From the IMG/VR virus record IMGVR_UViG_3300016476_000983, positions 1 through 50,872 of that record: a stretch of 50,872 nt of DNA; one strand, written 5' to 3'. Made by a program: the position numbers and the translations under genes. The DNA comes from a virus (Duplodnaviria > Caudoviricetes). The notes beneath the pieces were generated by a model. That model was given only the letters and a program-made list of their open reading frames with translations, did not search any database and was not told where the DNA came from. Shown here in pieces: positions 1-9,133 of this stretch; positions within the stretch are counted from its first letter, which is position 1; each line of letters opens with the position of its first letter.

Positions 1-103
1 GCATGACGTGAGGTTGCATCCTAATCTTGACGAGTTTGGTAATGTTGCTACAGTTGGCACCCAGTTCATCGCAAATCACCCCACAATCATCAGGAATCAG
101 GCC

Positions 104-610
104 ATGCCAAGACCAAGGCGGCGTAATGCACCGGAAGCCAACTACTTCCTTCTCAAATCACATCTTCCAGCACCCTCAATTGCCGATGAGATACCTATTC
201 CCCAGAGAATCGCAGGGAATCAGCAGAAGAAAGCACTCTGGGATTTGATCATCCATGATATGGACAAACGCGGTTGTCTGTCTCCATCATATGCTCCCAT
301 CATCAGTGAGATGGTTGAGGTGATGGACATGATGCACAAGTGTCGGGAGTCACTCGACAAGCAAGGAATGACAATCGACATCATTGACGGTGAAGGGAAC
401 TACCTCGGGACTAAGCCGAATCCCTTTGTGCAGATCCTTGTCACCCAGCAGCGGACATTCCTCAAGATTTGTGAGAAGCTGGGAATGACTCCGCGGGATA
501 TCACATTCCTGACTGCACCTGAACCAGCAGATACTTCTTCCCCAGAACCAATCGACGTGGAGTTTTCCAGGGTTGTCTACTTCCGCAATGCAAGAAAGAA
601 CCTGACATGA
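104..610 (+). CDS. terS: Terminase small subunit, P27 family
   Basis: C-terminal KPNPFV...LGMTPRD pattern typical of P27 TerS; basic N-terminus MPRPRRR from ATG 104 (ORF open from 8). Confidence 0.8.
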   Translation: MPRPRRRNAPEANYFLLKSHLPAPSIADEIPIPQRIAGNQQKKALWDLIIHDMDKRGCLSPSYAPIISEMVEVMDMMHKCRESLDKQGMTIDIIDGEGNYLGTKPNPFVQILVTQQRTFLKICEKLGMTPRDITFLTAPEPADTSSPEPIDVEFSRVVYFRNARKNLT

Positions 611-840
611 ACCTCAAAGAACATGAAGCCGTTGAACGTGCTCGTAAACTTCTGGCGGAAAGCATTCGATTCCGCACAACAATCACGGAGACCATCAAAC
701 AGGAGGTCTGCCGATCATTGTCAGGAGGAGCAAACCTGAACTACGTTCATGTCAGGGACAAAGAGTACAAGCTGCCGTATCGAATGCACACGCTGAGAAC
801 CTCAAACCTGAACAAGTTGCTATCCTCAGACGACTGGTAA
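607..840 (+). CDS. Hypothetical protein
   Basis: ATGA overlap with terS stop, 77 aa, followed by terminator. Confidence 0.6.
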   Translation: MNLKEHEAVERARKLLAESIRFRTTITETIKQEVCRSLSGGANLNYVHVRDKEYKLPYRMHTLRTSNLNKLLSSDDW

Positions 841-846
841 CAAATG

Positions 847-883
847 AAGAACCCCGGATGATGAGTCCGGGGTTCTTTCGTTT
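847..883. terminator. Intrinsic terminator between convergent genes
   Basis: 12-bp stem AAGAACCCCGGA/TCCGGGGTTCTT followed by T-rich run. Confidence 0.75.
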
Positions 884-1033
884 AGTGCTTCTGGGGAAGA
901 GAATCAACGAACCTTCGAGACTCTTCGTATTCCACAGCCAATTGTGCCTGCAGTTCCTGATCAGCCCACAAGCGTACTGTCTGCGGTATTTGAGCCACAA
1001 ACACAGAAGTGACGATGACAGCCAGTACCAGTC

Positions 1034-1381
1034 TCACCGCTTTCCTCCATCGTATGGTACGGCATGTCCGGCTTCGATCATCCGCACGTTGACGTTACCT
1101 TTGACGGTAATCACCGTACACAGCCGTCTACCGTACTTGTCTTTTCCGTGAGTGCGAATGGACAAACCCTGCTCCTTCATAGCAGCAGTCAGGAAAGCCG
1201 TTGCAGCATCGGCAGCAACCTTGTCCGTACTATGGGTCTCCGGAGCGTTGATACCCATCAGCCGGAACGTGTCCCGCCAAAAGGTGTTGTTTCCCATGTC
1301 GATGTTCAGTTCAAGTGTGTCACCATCGATGACACGGATAACTTCAACATGGAAGTACACAAATGTCATATTCTTCTTCAC
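1034..1381 (-). CDS. Thermonuclease (SNase-like) family nuclease
   Basis: Motifs VIDGDT, RLMGINAPE, DKYGR, NxxMIxxGHA. Confidence 0.9.
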   Translation of the reverse strand: MKKNMTFVYFHVEVIRVIDGDTLELNIDMGNNTFWRDTFRLMGINAPETHSTDKVAADAATAFLTAAMKEQGLSIRTHGKDKYGRRLCTVITVKGNVNVRMIEAGHAVPYDGGKR

Positions 1382-1596
1382 GTCTTTTCCTCCAATGGAC
1401 CAAGATATTCAACAAGATCGTGCGGTAATTTAATGCCGAACGTTGACCACGAACCGTCATCCGTCCAATTTGTTGACGCTCCTGAACTGCGGTTTCCGAC
1501 CCACGGACACAAAATTCGTTGATCGTCTCGCCTATACACTTCTGCAACACCACCTCCGCGTTCTTGCCAGCGTCCGGGCTTCATTTCAACACTCAC
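1378..1596 (-). CDS. Hypothetical protein
   Basis: 4-bp overlaps with both neighbours in a coupled operon. Confidence 0.6.
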   Translation of the reverse strand: MSVEMKPGRWQERGGGVAEVYRRDDQRILCPWVGNRSSGASTNWTDDGSWSTFGIKLPHDLVEYLGPLEEKT

Positions 1597-1853
1597 GCTT
1601 TCACCCTGACCTTTCGTGGACGACCAGCAGGTTTAGTAGCCAACGCTGGATTGTTGAAGTATCGGCAGCAGATTTCCACAATGGCTGCTGAACGTGTAAG
1701 CCCGGTCTCCTTACCGAACTCCTCAAGTACCTTCCAGAACTCCTGTGAGGCACTGACCCCGTAAACCCTAGAGGGGAATTGGTTCCGGGTGGTCTTCTGG
1801 CCAGTCTTCTTCCCAGGGTTGCTGTCTGTACTCGATTTCGCTGGTAATCCCAT
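1593..1853 (-). CDS. Possible ribbon-helix-helix DNA-binding protein
   Basis: VYGVSAS-QEFWKVLEEFGKETG-LTRSAAIVEIC strand-helix-helix pattern; GGAG upstream of ATG 1853; start uncertain. Confidence 0.55.
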   Translation of the reverse strand: MGLPAKSSTDSNPGKKTGQKTTRNQFPSRVYGVSASQEFWKVLEEFGKETGLTRSAAIVEICCRYFNNPALATKPAGRPRKVRVKA

Positions 1854-2064
1854 ATTCCTGCTCCAGAATGATTTGAGCGTAGTGAATGATCTTCTGAACG
1901 TCTTCAGCCCCATTCTTCCGTTTGTACCTGAACAGGTACTTCAGAATGCTGAACTGAGCAGGACTCAGGTTCAACTTGTATGCCAGTTGGATAGGCTGAA
2001 AACCATCCGGCATATCCTTGTAGTGAGACCCACCAACCTGTTGCTGACTGACTTTTTTGGACAT
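1768..2064 (-). CDS. DUF3310 family (T7 gp1.7 nucleotide kinase-like) protein
   Basis: QVGGSHYK...KYLFRYKRKNGAEDVQK pattern. Confidence 0.8.
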   Translation of the reverse strand: MSKKVSQQQVGGSHYKDMPDGFQPIQLAYKLNLSPAQFSILKYLFRYKRKNGAEDVQKIIHYAQIILEQEYGITSEIEYRQQPWEEDWPEDHPEPIPL

Positions 2065-2065
2065 G

Positions 2066-2872
2066 TCATTTCCCTAAACGAAGCAACTCAACTTTAGCGA
2101 CAAACTCCTGCCGCTCCCTCTTGTTCTCAATCCGATGACCTTCCCAGTCCTTCAGAGCAATGCACTGAATCTCAGTCCTGCTGAGTTTGATTGCTTCCAA
2201 TCTGTAGTTCAGCCATGCAGACCAGCTCATCGGGAAGTACTCAGCGAACATATCCGCGATGACTGACGCATATTCCCGAATCTCCTTCTGAGCATTGGGT
2301 TTGACCCTCAATGCCAGAAAGTGCATCAGATTGTGTACATCGATCTTCCAGACAGCCTCAGTGTACGTAGCCACTGGCAGAATGACCCTGGCCTGCTCCC
2401 GAGAGACTCCAGCAACGATTGCAGATTGATAAGCCGCTTTTGCGATATTGGCAGCATGGTTCATCTGTGCCGTACATACCGCACTGCTGGCAGCATCCAG
2501 TGCTCCACCACTACCTTGTTTGTTGTTTTCATCCTGCAGACGCCATTCATCAGTCTGTGGAATTTCAACATCATCAATAGCCTCTGAGTACCGCATACTG
2601 TACTCATTGACATTGGCTGTACGGTGCCTGATCCACTGTCTCCACACAACTATCGGACAGCGAATATGAAACTTCATCTCCCCCATCTCGAACGGGCTGG
2701 TGTGATTGTGCCTCATAAGGTAATTGATCAACCCCTGATCCTCGCTGACAGTCTTTGTTCCTTTGCCGTAGCTGGTCCGTGCTGCCTGCACAATCGTATG
2801 ATCCGACCCCATCACTTCCTGTAAGATCACATGTCCATGCTGCAGAACATTCACCTTTTTCAAATAGCTCAT
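2066..2872 (-). CDS. thyX: Flavin-dependent thymidylate synthase
   Basis: HTSPFE, RQWIRHR-x7-SMRY signature, AQKEIR; GGAGG upstream of ATG 2872. Confidence 0.95.
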   Translation of the reverse strand: MSYLKKVNVLQHGHVILQEVMGSDHTIVQAARTSYGKGTKTVSEDQGLINYLMRHNHTSPFEMGEMKFHIRCPIVVWRQWIRHRTANVNEYSMRYSEAIDDVEIPQTDEWRLQDENNKQGSGGALDAASSAVCTAQMNHAANIAKAAYQSAIVAGVSREQARVILPVATYTEAVWKIDVHNLMHFLALRVKPNAQKEIREYASVIADMFAEYFPMSWSAWLNYRLEAIKLSRTEIQCIALKDWEGHRIENKRERQEFVAKVELLRLGK

Positions 2873-3374
2873 CTTCATCTTCCTCCAAAGTGTAAAAACC
2901 AAACGCCAAGGTAATTGTATCACATATCGGCATTCTTTCAAGGATTGTTTCAACATTTTCTGAACGCATTACAGGCCCGTAGACGCTCTGCGCTCTGAGG
3001 ACGTAGGTTTGGTCGTCCTGACGATTTGACGCAGCCAGACGGGCACCAGCGAACGCACAGAGGGTGTCCTGTGGAATTTGACTTGCCAAGACTGGGAATG
3101 ATGGTTACAATGGGTCTCGGGCGTACCACCATCCGACCAAGGGCGGTTAAAGCGTAGCTCAGATGAATATCCCGTGACTAACAATCACTCATCACTCGCG
3201 AGAGGCAGGCCCAGTGACCTGATCAGCAGCGAGTCAAATAAAATGCTGGTGGCAACCTGGCAAGGGTCAAACCTTTGCAAGTCCACCCTATGACACAAAT
3301 GAGGCGAGAACAAAGAAGCCTCTCAATTTTTGTGTCATGGGGATGAGAGGGGCTTTGGCAAGGGTCAAAGTTTG

Positions 3375-3758
3375 TCAGTTGCAGACAGACTCCAATATTC
3401 TCATCAGGTTACTGATTGTGCTGAACACATCAGAGTTCTGAAACCTGATTACTGCCACTCCCATACGGTTGAGTCTTTTGGTTCTAAGCCGATCATTGCG
3501 GCGAACATCTGCCCGCCGATGGACCTTCCCGTCGATTTCGACTGCAAGCTGCAGAGTCTCACAGTAGAAGTCCGGGATGTACCCGTGTACAACGACTTGC
3601 GGTTTGAACTTGTGCGTCCAGTTCCGCTGCTCCTTTTTGAGCCGAAGCCAAAAGCACTGCTCCGCTTTGGTCATGTTGTTCCGTAGGAGTAACGCATACT
3701 CCTCTGTACTCACAGTCCTTACCCGGTTACGCGGCGTCTTCCTTCTTGCTTTCTTCAT
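3375..3758 (-). CDS. DUF559 family endonuclease-like protein
   Basis: LRNNMTKAE...YIPDFYC...AVEIDGKVH...DRLRT...VIRF pattern. Confidence 0.85.
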   Translation of the reverse strand: MKKARRKTPRNRVRTVSTEEYALLLRNNMTKAEQCFWLRLKKEQRNWTHKFKPQVVVHGYIPDFYCETLQLAVEIDGKVHRRADVRRNDRLRTKRLNRMGVAVIRFQNSDVFSTISNLMRILESVCN

Positions 3759-3798
3759 TTTCTTCCCCAGAATATACTGAAGGGCAGAGGGTTAAACC

Positions 3799-3827
3799 TT
3801 GACACAGTTAATTGGGTTTGTTAGAGT
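3799..3827 (+). promoter_or_regulatory. Sigma70-type promoter for rightward operon
   Basis: TTGACA-17 nt-TAGAGT with extended -10 TG. Confidence 0.65.
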
Positions 3828-3834
3828 CAGACCT

Positions 3835-4248
3835 ATGAACATGCCACTGCAAGTTACTGATGGTTCATCAATGCCAGTTTGCCGTTCAGCATCTGGTAAA
3901 CCGATGCTGCACTTCATAACTGATGTTGAAGTTGTACTCGAACTTCCGGACGGATTGAAGAGGACATTGTTTCAACCTGCTGGGAGTTGTTGGGACGGGG
4001 CCACAATACCGTGTCTGTTTTGGTGGATCATTGGACACCCGTTATCTCCTAAGTTTCGATGGGCCAGCTTTTGGCATGATCGTTCCTGTGAAACAGCAAA
4101 GACATACGAAGAACGAAGACTTGCAGATGCTATCTTCCTGTACTTGCTATCTCAGGAAAGCGTGCCTAAGATAAAACGCATGGCAATGTGGCTCGGTGTC
4201 AGACTGTACGGACTGCTAATCTGGAAACCGAAAGTAAGTATCCCATGA
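3835..4248 (+). CDS. DUF1353 family protein
   Basis: WDGATIP, ASFWHD, RRLADAIF, MWLGVR motifs. Confidence 0.75.
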   Translation: MNMPLQVTDGSSMPVCRSASGKPMLHFITDVEVVLELPDGLKRTLFQPAGSCWDGATIPCLFWWIIGHPLSPKFRWASFWHDRSCETAKTYEERRLADAIFLYLLSQESVPKIKRMAMWLGVRLYGLLIWKPKVSIP

Positions 4249-5324
4249 AACAACTTGCACTGCTCATCGCACTGTTACTCCCGCTTGCCTCAAACGCTGA
4301 AAGCCGTCGACTGTACGTTGACATCCCGAGTGAGAACGGGACAACGACTACAGGTAAAGGCACTGCATTCTGCATTGGAGTGACCGACACTGGCAACAGC
4401 TTGTGGGCTACTGCCCGTCACAACTTCGACGATAGCACAAACGCCGTCGTTCTCAACAAAGAAGGGCACGCTTATCCGGTGCTTCGAGACTCGATTCGCA
4501 AACATCCTGATCCATACACAGATGTTGCCATTTTCGAGTCCACAATCCCCGTAAAAGGGCACTGGTTGCTGGCTGACAGCGAACCCGGTCAGCTCGCAAT
4601 TGTGCCCGGTTACGGTCCTGAGTACCACGGTCGCACTGCTGTGGCCTTTGCTGGTCGCATACTGGACTCCAATTTCATGATGGGTGAAAACTCGTACCAT
4701 GCAATCACAGGTGATTCAGGAGCACCACTTGTTGTTGACGGAGACTATGTGGTTGGTGTTCTGTCAGGACACGAAAGCCCTGAGTACAAAACGTCTCACC
4801 GTGCTGACTACCAACACCTCAATCTGAAGACTGTGTACGTCGAAGCCAAACATGTAAAGTACCTGCTGGATCAGCATTATCAATATCAGCAGCGGTGTAC
4901 TCCGCAGGGCTGCTACATCTATGGAGCACCAACAGTTGTCCAACCTCGTATGGGAATAACCGTTCCGGTTGGTCCGCCCCGAGTAGTCGGGGTCACTCAA
5001 CCTCAACCAATCTATTCTCCTCCCAGAAATGAGCAGCGGCCACAACCGCTGTACCCCCAGCCAAAGGAGCAGCCTGCCCCAACTGCTCCAGACAATACAG
5101 TCCTTCAGAAACTGGTATCTGAATGGATGGAAAAGAACGCAGACAAACTTCGTGGTCCTGCTGGTAAAGACGGTAGAGACGGAAAGGACGGAAGCAATGA
5201 AGTAGCACAAACACAGCTTCCCTTGCAGGTTATTCTTGCAAGGGACGGCAAGATCATTCAAGAGAAGATCATTCCGCCCGGTAAGCCTTTGATCCTTGAT
5301 GTGAGTGCTTTTGAGGGAAAGTAG
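4245..5324 (+). CDS. Secreted trypsin-like serine protease with Pro-rich linker and short collagen-like repeat
   Basis: Signal peptide MKQLALLIALLLPLASNA; triad motifs TARH, DVAI, GDSGAP; GPAGKDGRDGKDG. Confidence 0.85.
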   Translation: MKQLALLIALLLPLASNAESRRLYVDIPSENGTTTTGKGTAFCIGVTDTGNSLWATARHNFDDSTNAVVLNKEGHAYPVLRDSIRKHPDPYTDVAIFESTIPVKGHWLLADSEPGQLAIVPGYGPEYHGRTAVAFAGRILDSNFMMGENSYHAITGDSGAPLVVDGDYVVGVLSGHESPEYKTSHRADYQHLNLKTVYVEAKHVKYLLDQHYQYQQRCTPQGCYIYGAPTVVQPRMGITVPVGPPRVVGVTQPQPIYSPPRNEQRPQPLYPQPKEQPAPTAPDNTVLQKLVSEWMEKNADKLRGPAGKDGRDGKDGSNEVAQTQLPLQVILARDGKIIQEKIIPPGKPLILDVSAFEGK

Positions 5325-5406
5325 AATGCCCTCGCAATTTGACACAGCCGTTTACGGGGACGGCATCATTACATTCCCCGCCCCATGCTCAGAAAAGGAC
5401 TGTACA

Positions 5407-5649
5407 ATGTCTTCTGGCTCTGTTTCTGCTGATCAGGAATTCTTTCGGGCACGGCTGTACGCAGACCGTGACCGTCACAGCACCAACGCCACGACCTTCG
5501 AGAAGGTTCTGGAAATGCAGTACGCTCAGTCCATGCAGTTCCGTGACGCAAACGCAGCTCGGATCGTGATGGAAGCTGGCTCTGGCCGTACCCGTGCTGA
5601 AACCAACAACCCCGGCAACACTGCTGCTCCTGGCGGCAAGGACGCTTAG
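5407..5649 (+). CDS. Hypothetical protein
   Basis: AAGGA upstream of ATG 5407; ORF open from 5305. Confidence 0.55.
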   Translation: MSSGSVSADQEFFRARLYADRDRHSTNATTFEKVLEMQYAQSMQFRDANAARIVMEAGSGRTRAETNNPGNTAAPGGKDA

Positions 5650-5688
5650 TACGGTTACTCTCACATTGTGAGACTGTGAGTTCCTCTC

Positions 5689-5949
5689 ATGCACCGCACC
5701 GTTCTCGACACACTTTCCGAATACGATGCTGAAATGGTACGCTTAGACGCTGCCATTAACAACGCATTCACTTCCGGTCTGTGTGTAGGGAACGCGGTGC
5801 ATTCCTTTTTCAATACAGGTTCACCCAATGAGTCTGGATCGTCTATTCAACACTGTGATGACGGAGCACGTGCAGGACAAGCTGGAAATGAACCGCAATC
5901 ATCTGGACGCATACAGAAGGGCTGGTTTGGGGATGGGTCAGGCATCTGA
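5689..5949 (+). CDS. Hypothetical protein
   Basis: Fills gap in the operon but overlaps next gene by about 120 bp. Confidence 0.35.
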   Translation: MHRTVLDTLSEYDAEMVRLDAAINNAFTSGLCVGNAVHSFFNTGSPNESGSSIQHCDDGARAGQAGNEPQSSGRIQKGWFGDGSGI

Positions 5950-6244
5950 AGGTGAGGACATGCGGATCACGTCAGCCGGTGACGTTCATTACTACCATCC
6001 ACCTACACCCGCACCGCAACCAGCACCTCAAAAGTCTTCAGTCCTTCCGATGCTGCTTACGGCTGGCTTAACCGCTGCTGGACTTGCTCCAGTGGCTGGT
6101 GTCGCCGGATATCTTACCAACCAATTTCTCTCCCAGAAACAATCTGAGGGGCAAGGGGTTGCGATTCCTCCAAAGATCATTAACAATACCAATACCGAAT
6201 TGCTGGATATTCGGATTTTGGATGAGGACGACCTGCAGCCCTGA
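5828..6244 (+). CDS. Membrane protein
   Basis: One hydrophobic segment (VLPMLLTAGLTAAGLAPVAGVAGYL) after a Pro-rich linker. Confidence 0.65.
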   Translation: MSLDRLFNTVMTEHVQDKLEMNRNHLDAYRRAGLGMGQASEGEDMRITSAGDVHYYHPPTPAPQPAPQKSSVLPMLLTAGLTAAGLAPVAGVAGYLTNQFLSQKQSEGQGVAIPPKIINNTNTELLDIRILDEDDLQP

Positions 6245-6256
6245 TGGACTGGACCG

Positions 6257-6451
6257 ATGAATGAACCGCTTCGTGACAAAGACCCTGCGGTTGAAGTTGA
6301 CACTCCGGCATTCAGCGGTTCATTATCGTTGTCCGGTTTGCAAATGCTGCTAAAATTTTTTTGGCGTGACAGACGGTATATCGTGATTACTATCTGTTAC
6401 GCTTTGATTGTTGTGGCTACGTTCTTTGCAATCAGTTTGGTAATGGATTGA
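6257..6451 (+). CDS. Small membrane protein (holin-like candidate)
   Basis: 64 aa with C-terminal TM helix preceded by basic residues. Confidence 0.5.
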   Translation: MNEPLRDKDPAVEVDTPAFSGSLSLSGLQMLLKFFWRDRRYIVITICYALIVVATFFAISLVMD

Positions 6452-6454
6452 GTC

Positions 6455-6934
6455 ATGGACCCGATGCTGAAGTTTTATGCTGCAGTCACAATCTCAATGC
6501 TGTGCCTGATAGTTGCTCAGTGGTCTTACCGATTCTTCGTTACTCACAGATGCAGACATGGTGTAGCACTATCCCAAGTGCTATTTATCTTTTCCCACGG
6601 AATCTTGCTGCTTTATGGTTGGCATAGCACCCAACAGATCAGTACCATTCTCGCAGCACATCCAATAGCAACCAAAGTCAATGCGGAGTACCTGACACAT
6701 GCAGTCGACATCACAACCTCTTCAGGAACCCGTTTTACCTTCTACCGATCTGGTATCCCCGCCCGAACCGCCCAATCCGTGTCAGGAGCAACTCAATGCG
6801 TTGGAAGAAGCGATTGTCCAGTTCGAGAATGCCCAAAAGTTAATTCAAGAACGGGCAGATGCTCTGCTGGATTGTCGGATTCGTACAGCACAAATTTTGC
6901 TGAATTCGTCATCCCAAGTGGTAGCTCACTGTAA
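6455..6934 (+). CDS. Membrane protein
   Basis: Two N-terminal hydrophobic helices; 3' half overlaps next ORF. Confidence 0.45.
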   Translation: MDPMLKFYAAVTISMLCLIVAQWSYRFFVTHRCRHGVALSQVLFIFSHGILLLYGWHSTQQISTILAAHPIATKVNAEYLTHAVDITTSSGTRFTFYRSGIPARTAQSVSGATQCVGRSDCPVRECPKVNSRTGRCSAGLSDSYSTNFAEFVIPSGSSL

Positions 6935-7019
6935 TCGCGTCAAGGGTATTGTAACCAACTGTTCCGATACCGCGAAACATATAAGCTACACGCTTCGACG
7001 TACTTTCAATTTGCGGTAA
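6699..7019 (+). CDS. Coiled-coil hypothetical protein
   Basis: Heptad-like helix; overlaps previous ORF in another frame. Confidence 0.45.
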   Translation: MQSTSQPLQEPVLPSTDLVSPPEPPNPCQEQLNALEEAIVQFENAQKLIQERADALLDCRIRTAQILLNSSSQVVAHCNRVKGIVTNCSDTAKHISYTLRRTFNLR

Positions 7020-7045
7020 CAAAGTCGGATTGAGAGTTTAAGATA

Positions 7046-8686
7046 ATGGGCATCACAGCATTTCCATTCGGATCAGTTATCGACGTGCCGACGGCTCGCA
7101 TATTGGGCCGCGATGATGCTGGCACGGGATCGGCTGAGGCGTTAACGGCTACCGAGATATTCGCAATCCTCGGGACAGGGACGCCGTCAGCATCGACCTA
7201 TCTTCGAGGCGATGGTACGTGGAGCACGGTGACGCCTGGTGTTGGCGGCTCAACTGGCAGCGTAGACAACGCAGTTCTGCGAGCTGATGGCACTGGTGGG
7301 GCAACGCTTCAGGCGTCTGGGGTCACAATAAGTGACTCATTTGTAATCCGAGTCGGAACAGGTATCACAAATCCTGGACGCATTCAGTTGCAGGATTCGG
7401 GCCAATACAGTACTAATCAAATGTTAGCGGTATTTCTCGGTGGATTTTTCAATGGCCAAGATATTGCAGCATTTGAGGTACTTGGTAACGGCAACGCTAC
7501 AAGTGTTGGCGTAATAGCTGCAAATTCGTTTGTATCTGGAATTTACACATTGCAGGGCGGCTGGGGGCAATTGACCAGAGCAACGTCCATGCCAACAGGT
7601 CAAACTGGGAATCGGCTAGAAAACACAAACGGCTTTCAGATTACAGTAGGCGCAAACCACGGCGTTTCAATTACCTCAGGTGCTAATCCCACATTTCTGC
7701 ACGTACACAACACGTTCGTTTCCTCAACATCATTCGAGCGGCTTAACATCGCGTGGGCAAGCAATGTCTGTTACATCGGCACCGAAAAGGGTTCCGCTGG
7801 CGGCACTGCACGAGACCTGACTCTTGGAACAGACGGCGTTGTCCGTGCCGTGTTCCCCGCCGCTACAACCTCAGGTGCGTTTTACCTTGGGCCTCGGGCT
7901 GATAGCACAGCGACCGGCGGAAACGCTCGCGGGGCAAATGCTGTTGACCTGTCAACATTAAGAGGATCGTCCTCAAGTGTCGCCAGTGGCACATCTGCGT
8001 TTCTTGGATCGCCACAAAACGGGACGGCCAGTGGCAGCAATAGCGCAGTCGTCTCCGGAGTAAATGGCACTGCAAGCGGCGCTCAGTCGTTTGTTGGTGC
8101 TGGATTGAATAACACCACGTCGGCAGCAGGGGCGTTTATTGGCGCTGGAGCCGGAAACGCGGCCAGTGGAACATATTCGGCAATTCCTGGCGGGGAGCAG
8201 AACACAGCATCTGCAAACTACACGCTTGCGTGTGGGCTGCAGGCGGTCGCAAACAGGCAGGCAATGCGAGCGCATTCCGGCGGACAATTTGCCGTAAATG
8301 GTGATTGTCAGTTAGGAGAAATCGTGCTCCGTGGCAGCACCACGACAAACGCCGCCGTCAGGCTGCGCCCTGATGGTTCATCTCAGCGTCTGACAATCGC
8401 CAGCGGGCAGGTGTGCCAGTTTCTGCTGATCGTCACAGGCGTGCGCAATGGTGGTGCCGACGTCGCATCCTACATGCGACAGGTAACAATTAAAAACATC
8501 GGTGGCACTACTTCACTGGTTGGCACCGTGAACACAATCGGCACAGATAATGCCGCAGGCACGTCTTTGAGCGTTACAGCAGACGACACAAACGATGATC
8601 TTGCAGTCGAGCCAACCGGCGTCTCCGGTCAAACATGGCGATGGCAATGCATTGTGTACGGTGGTGAATTAAGGCACGGAACCTAA
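7046..8686 (+). CDS. Tail fibre / receptor-binding protein
   Basis: Gly/Thr/Ala-rich; TYLRGDGTW motif; ~15-aa ASGxxS repeats like trimeric beta-roll adhesins. Confidence 0.75.
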   Translation: MGITAFPFGSVIDVPTARILGRDDAGTGSAEALTATEIFAILGTGTPSASTYLRGDGTWSTVTPGVGGSTGSVDNAVLRADGTGGATLQASGVTISDSFVIRVGTGITNPGRIQLQDSGQYSTNQMLAVFLGGFFNGQDIAAFEVLGNGNATSVGVIAANSFVSGIYTLQGGWGQLTRATSMPTGQTGNRLENTNGFQITVGANHGVSITSGANPTFLHVHNTFVSSTSFERLNIAWASNVCYIGTEKGSAGGTARDLTLGTDGVVRAVFPAATTSGAFYLGPRADSTATGGNARGANAVDLSTLRGSSSSVASGTSAFLGSPQNGTASGSNSAVVSGVNGTASGAQSFVGAGLNNTTSAAGAFIGAGAGNAASGTYSAIPGGEQNTASANYTLACGLQAVANRQAMRAHSGGQFAVNGDCQLGEIVLRGSTTTNAAVRLRPDGSSQRLTIASGQVCQFLLIVTGVRNGGADVASYMRQVTIKNIGGTTSLVGTVNTIGTDNAAGTSLSVTADDTNDDLAVEPTGVSGQTWRWQCIVYGGELRHGT

Positions 8687-8698
8687 CAACAGGCAATC

Positions 8699-9133
8699 AT
8701 GATGAGCACAGGAATCGGCTATCCCGTCCCAGAAGAAACCTTCGATGCACGTGAGCACGCACGGAATAAGGTGCTACGGGCGAATCAACTGCAGGAAACA
8801 ATCCTGCAGCACTACCGTGCGACGTTTGAGGACTTTTGGGGTGTCCAAGATCCACCTGCTGGGTCACGTTACACCGTAGAGCAAATGCAGCAGATCATCA
8901 ACGCAATTCCACAGACTGTCGCACTGGACATGCTGAATGATTCACGGGCATTCGGTCAGTTCATTGAGCAGGCTTACCCTGGTGTGCTGCCCGGCAAGTA
9001 CCAGAGCACTGCTTTTGAGACGACCATTCACAATGGTAACACCATCGTGGTCGGTCCTCTGAAAGACGTGTGGAAAGCTTCAGTTCCTCCGGAGATCGCA
9101 TCTCCAGTTTCTCAAACCGCTGAGACACCGTAA
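8699..9133 (+). CDS. Hypothetical protein (possible fibre chaperone)
   Basis: Directly follows fibre gene; coupled to next gene. Confidence 0.55.
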   Translation: MMSTGIGYPVPEETFDAREHARNKVLRANQLQETILQHYRATFEDFWGVQDPPAGSRYTVEQMQQIINAIPQTVALDMLNDSRAFGQFIEQAYPGVLPGKYQSTAFETTIHNGNTIVVGPLKDVWKASVPPEIASPVSQTAETP

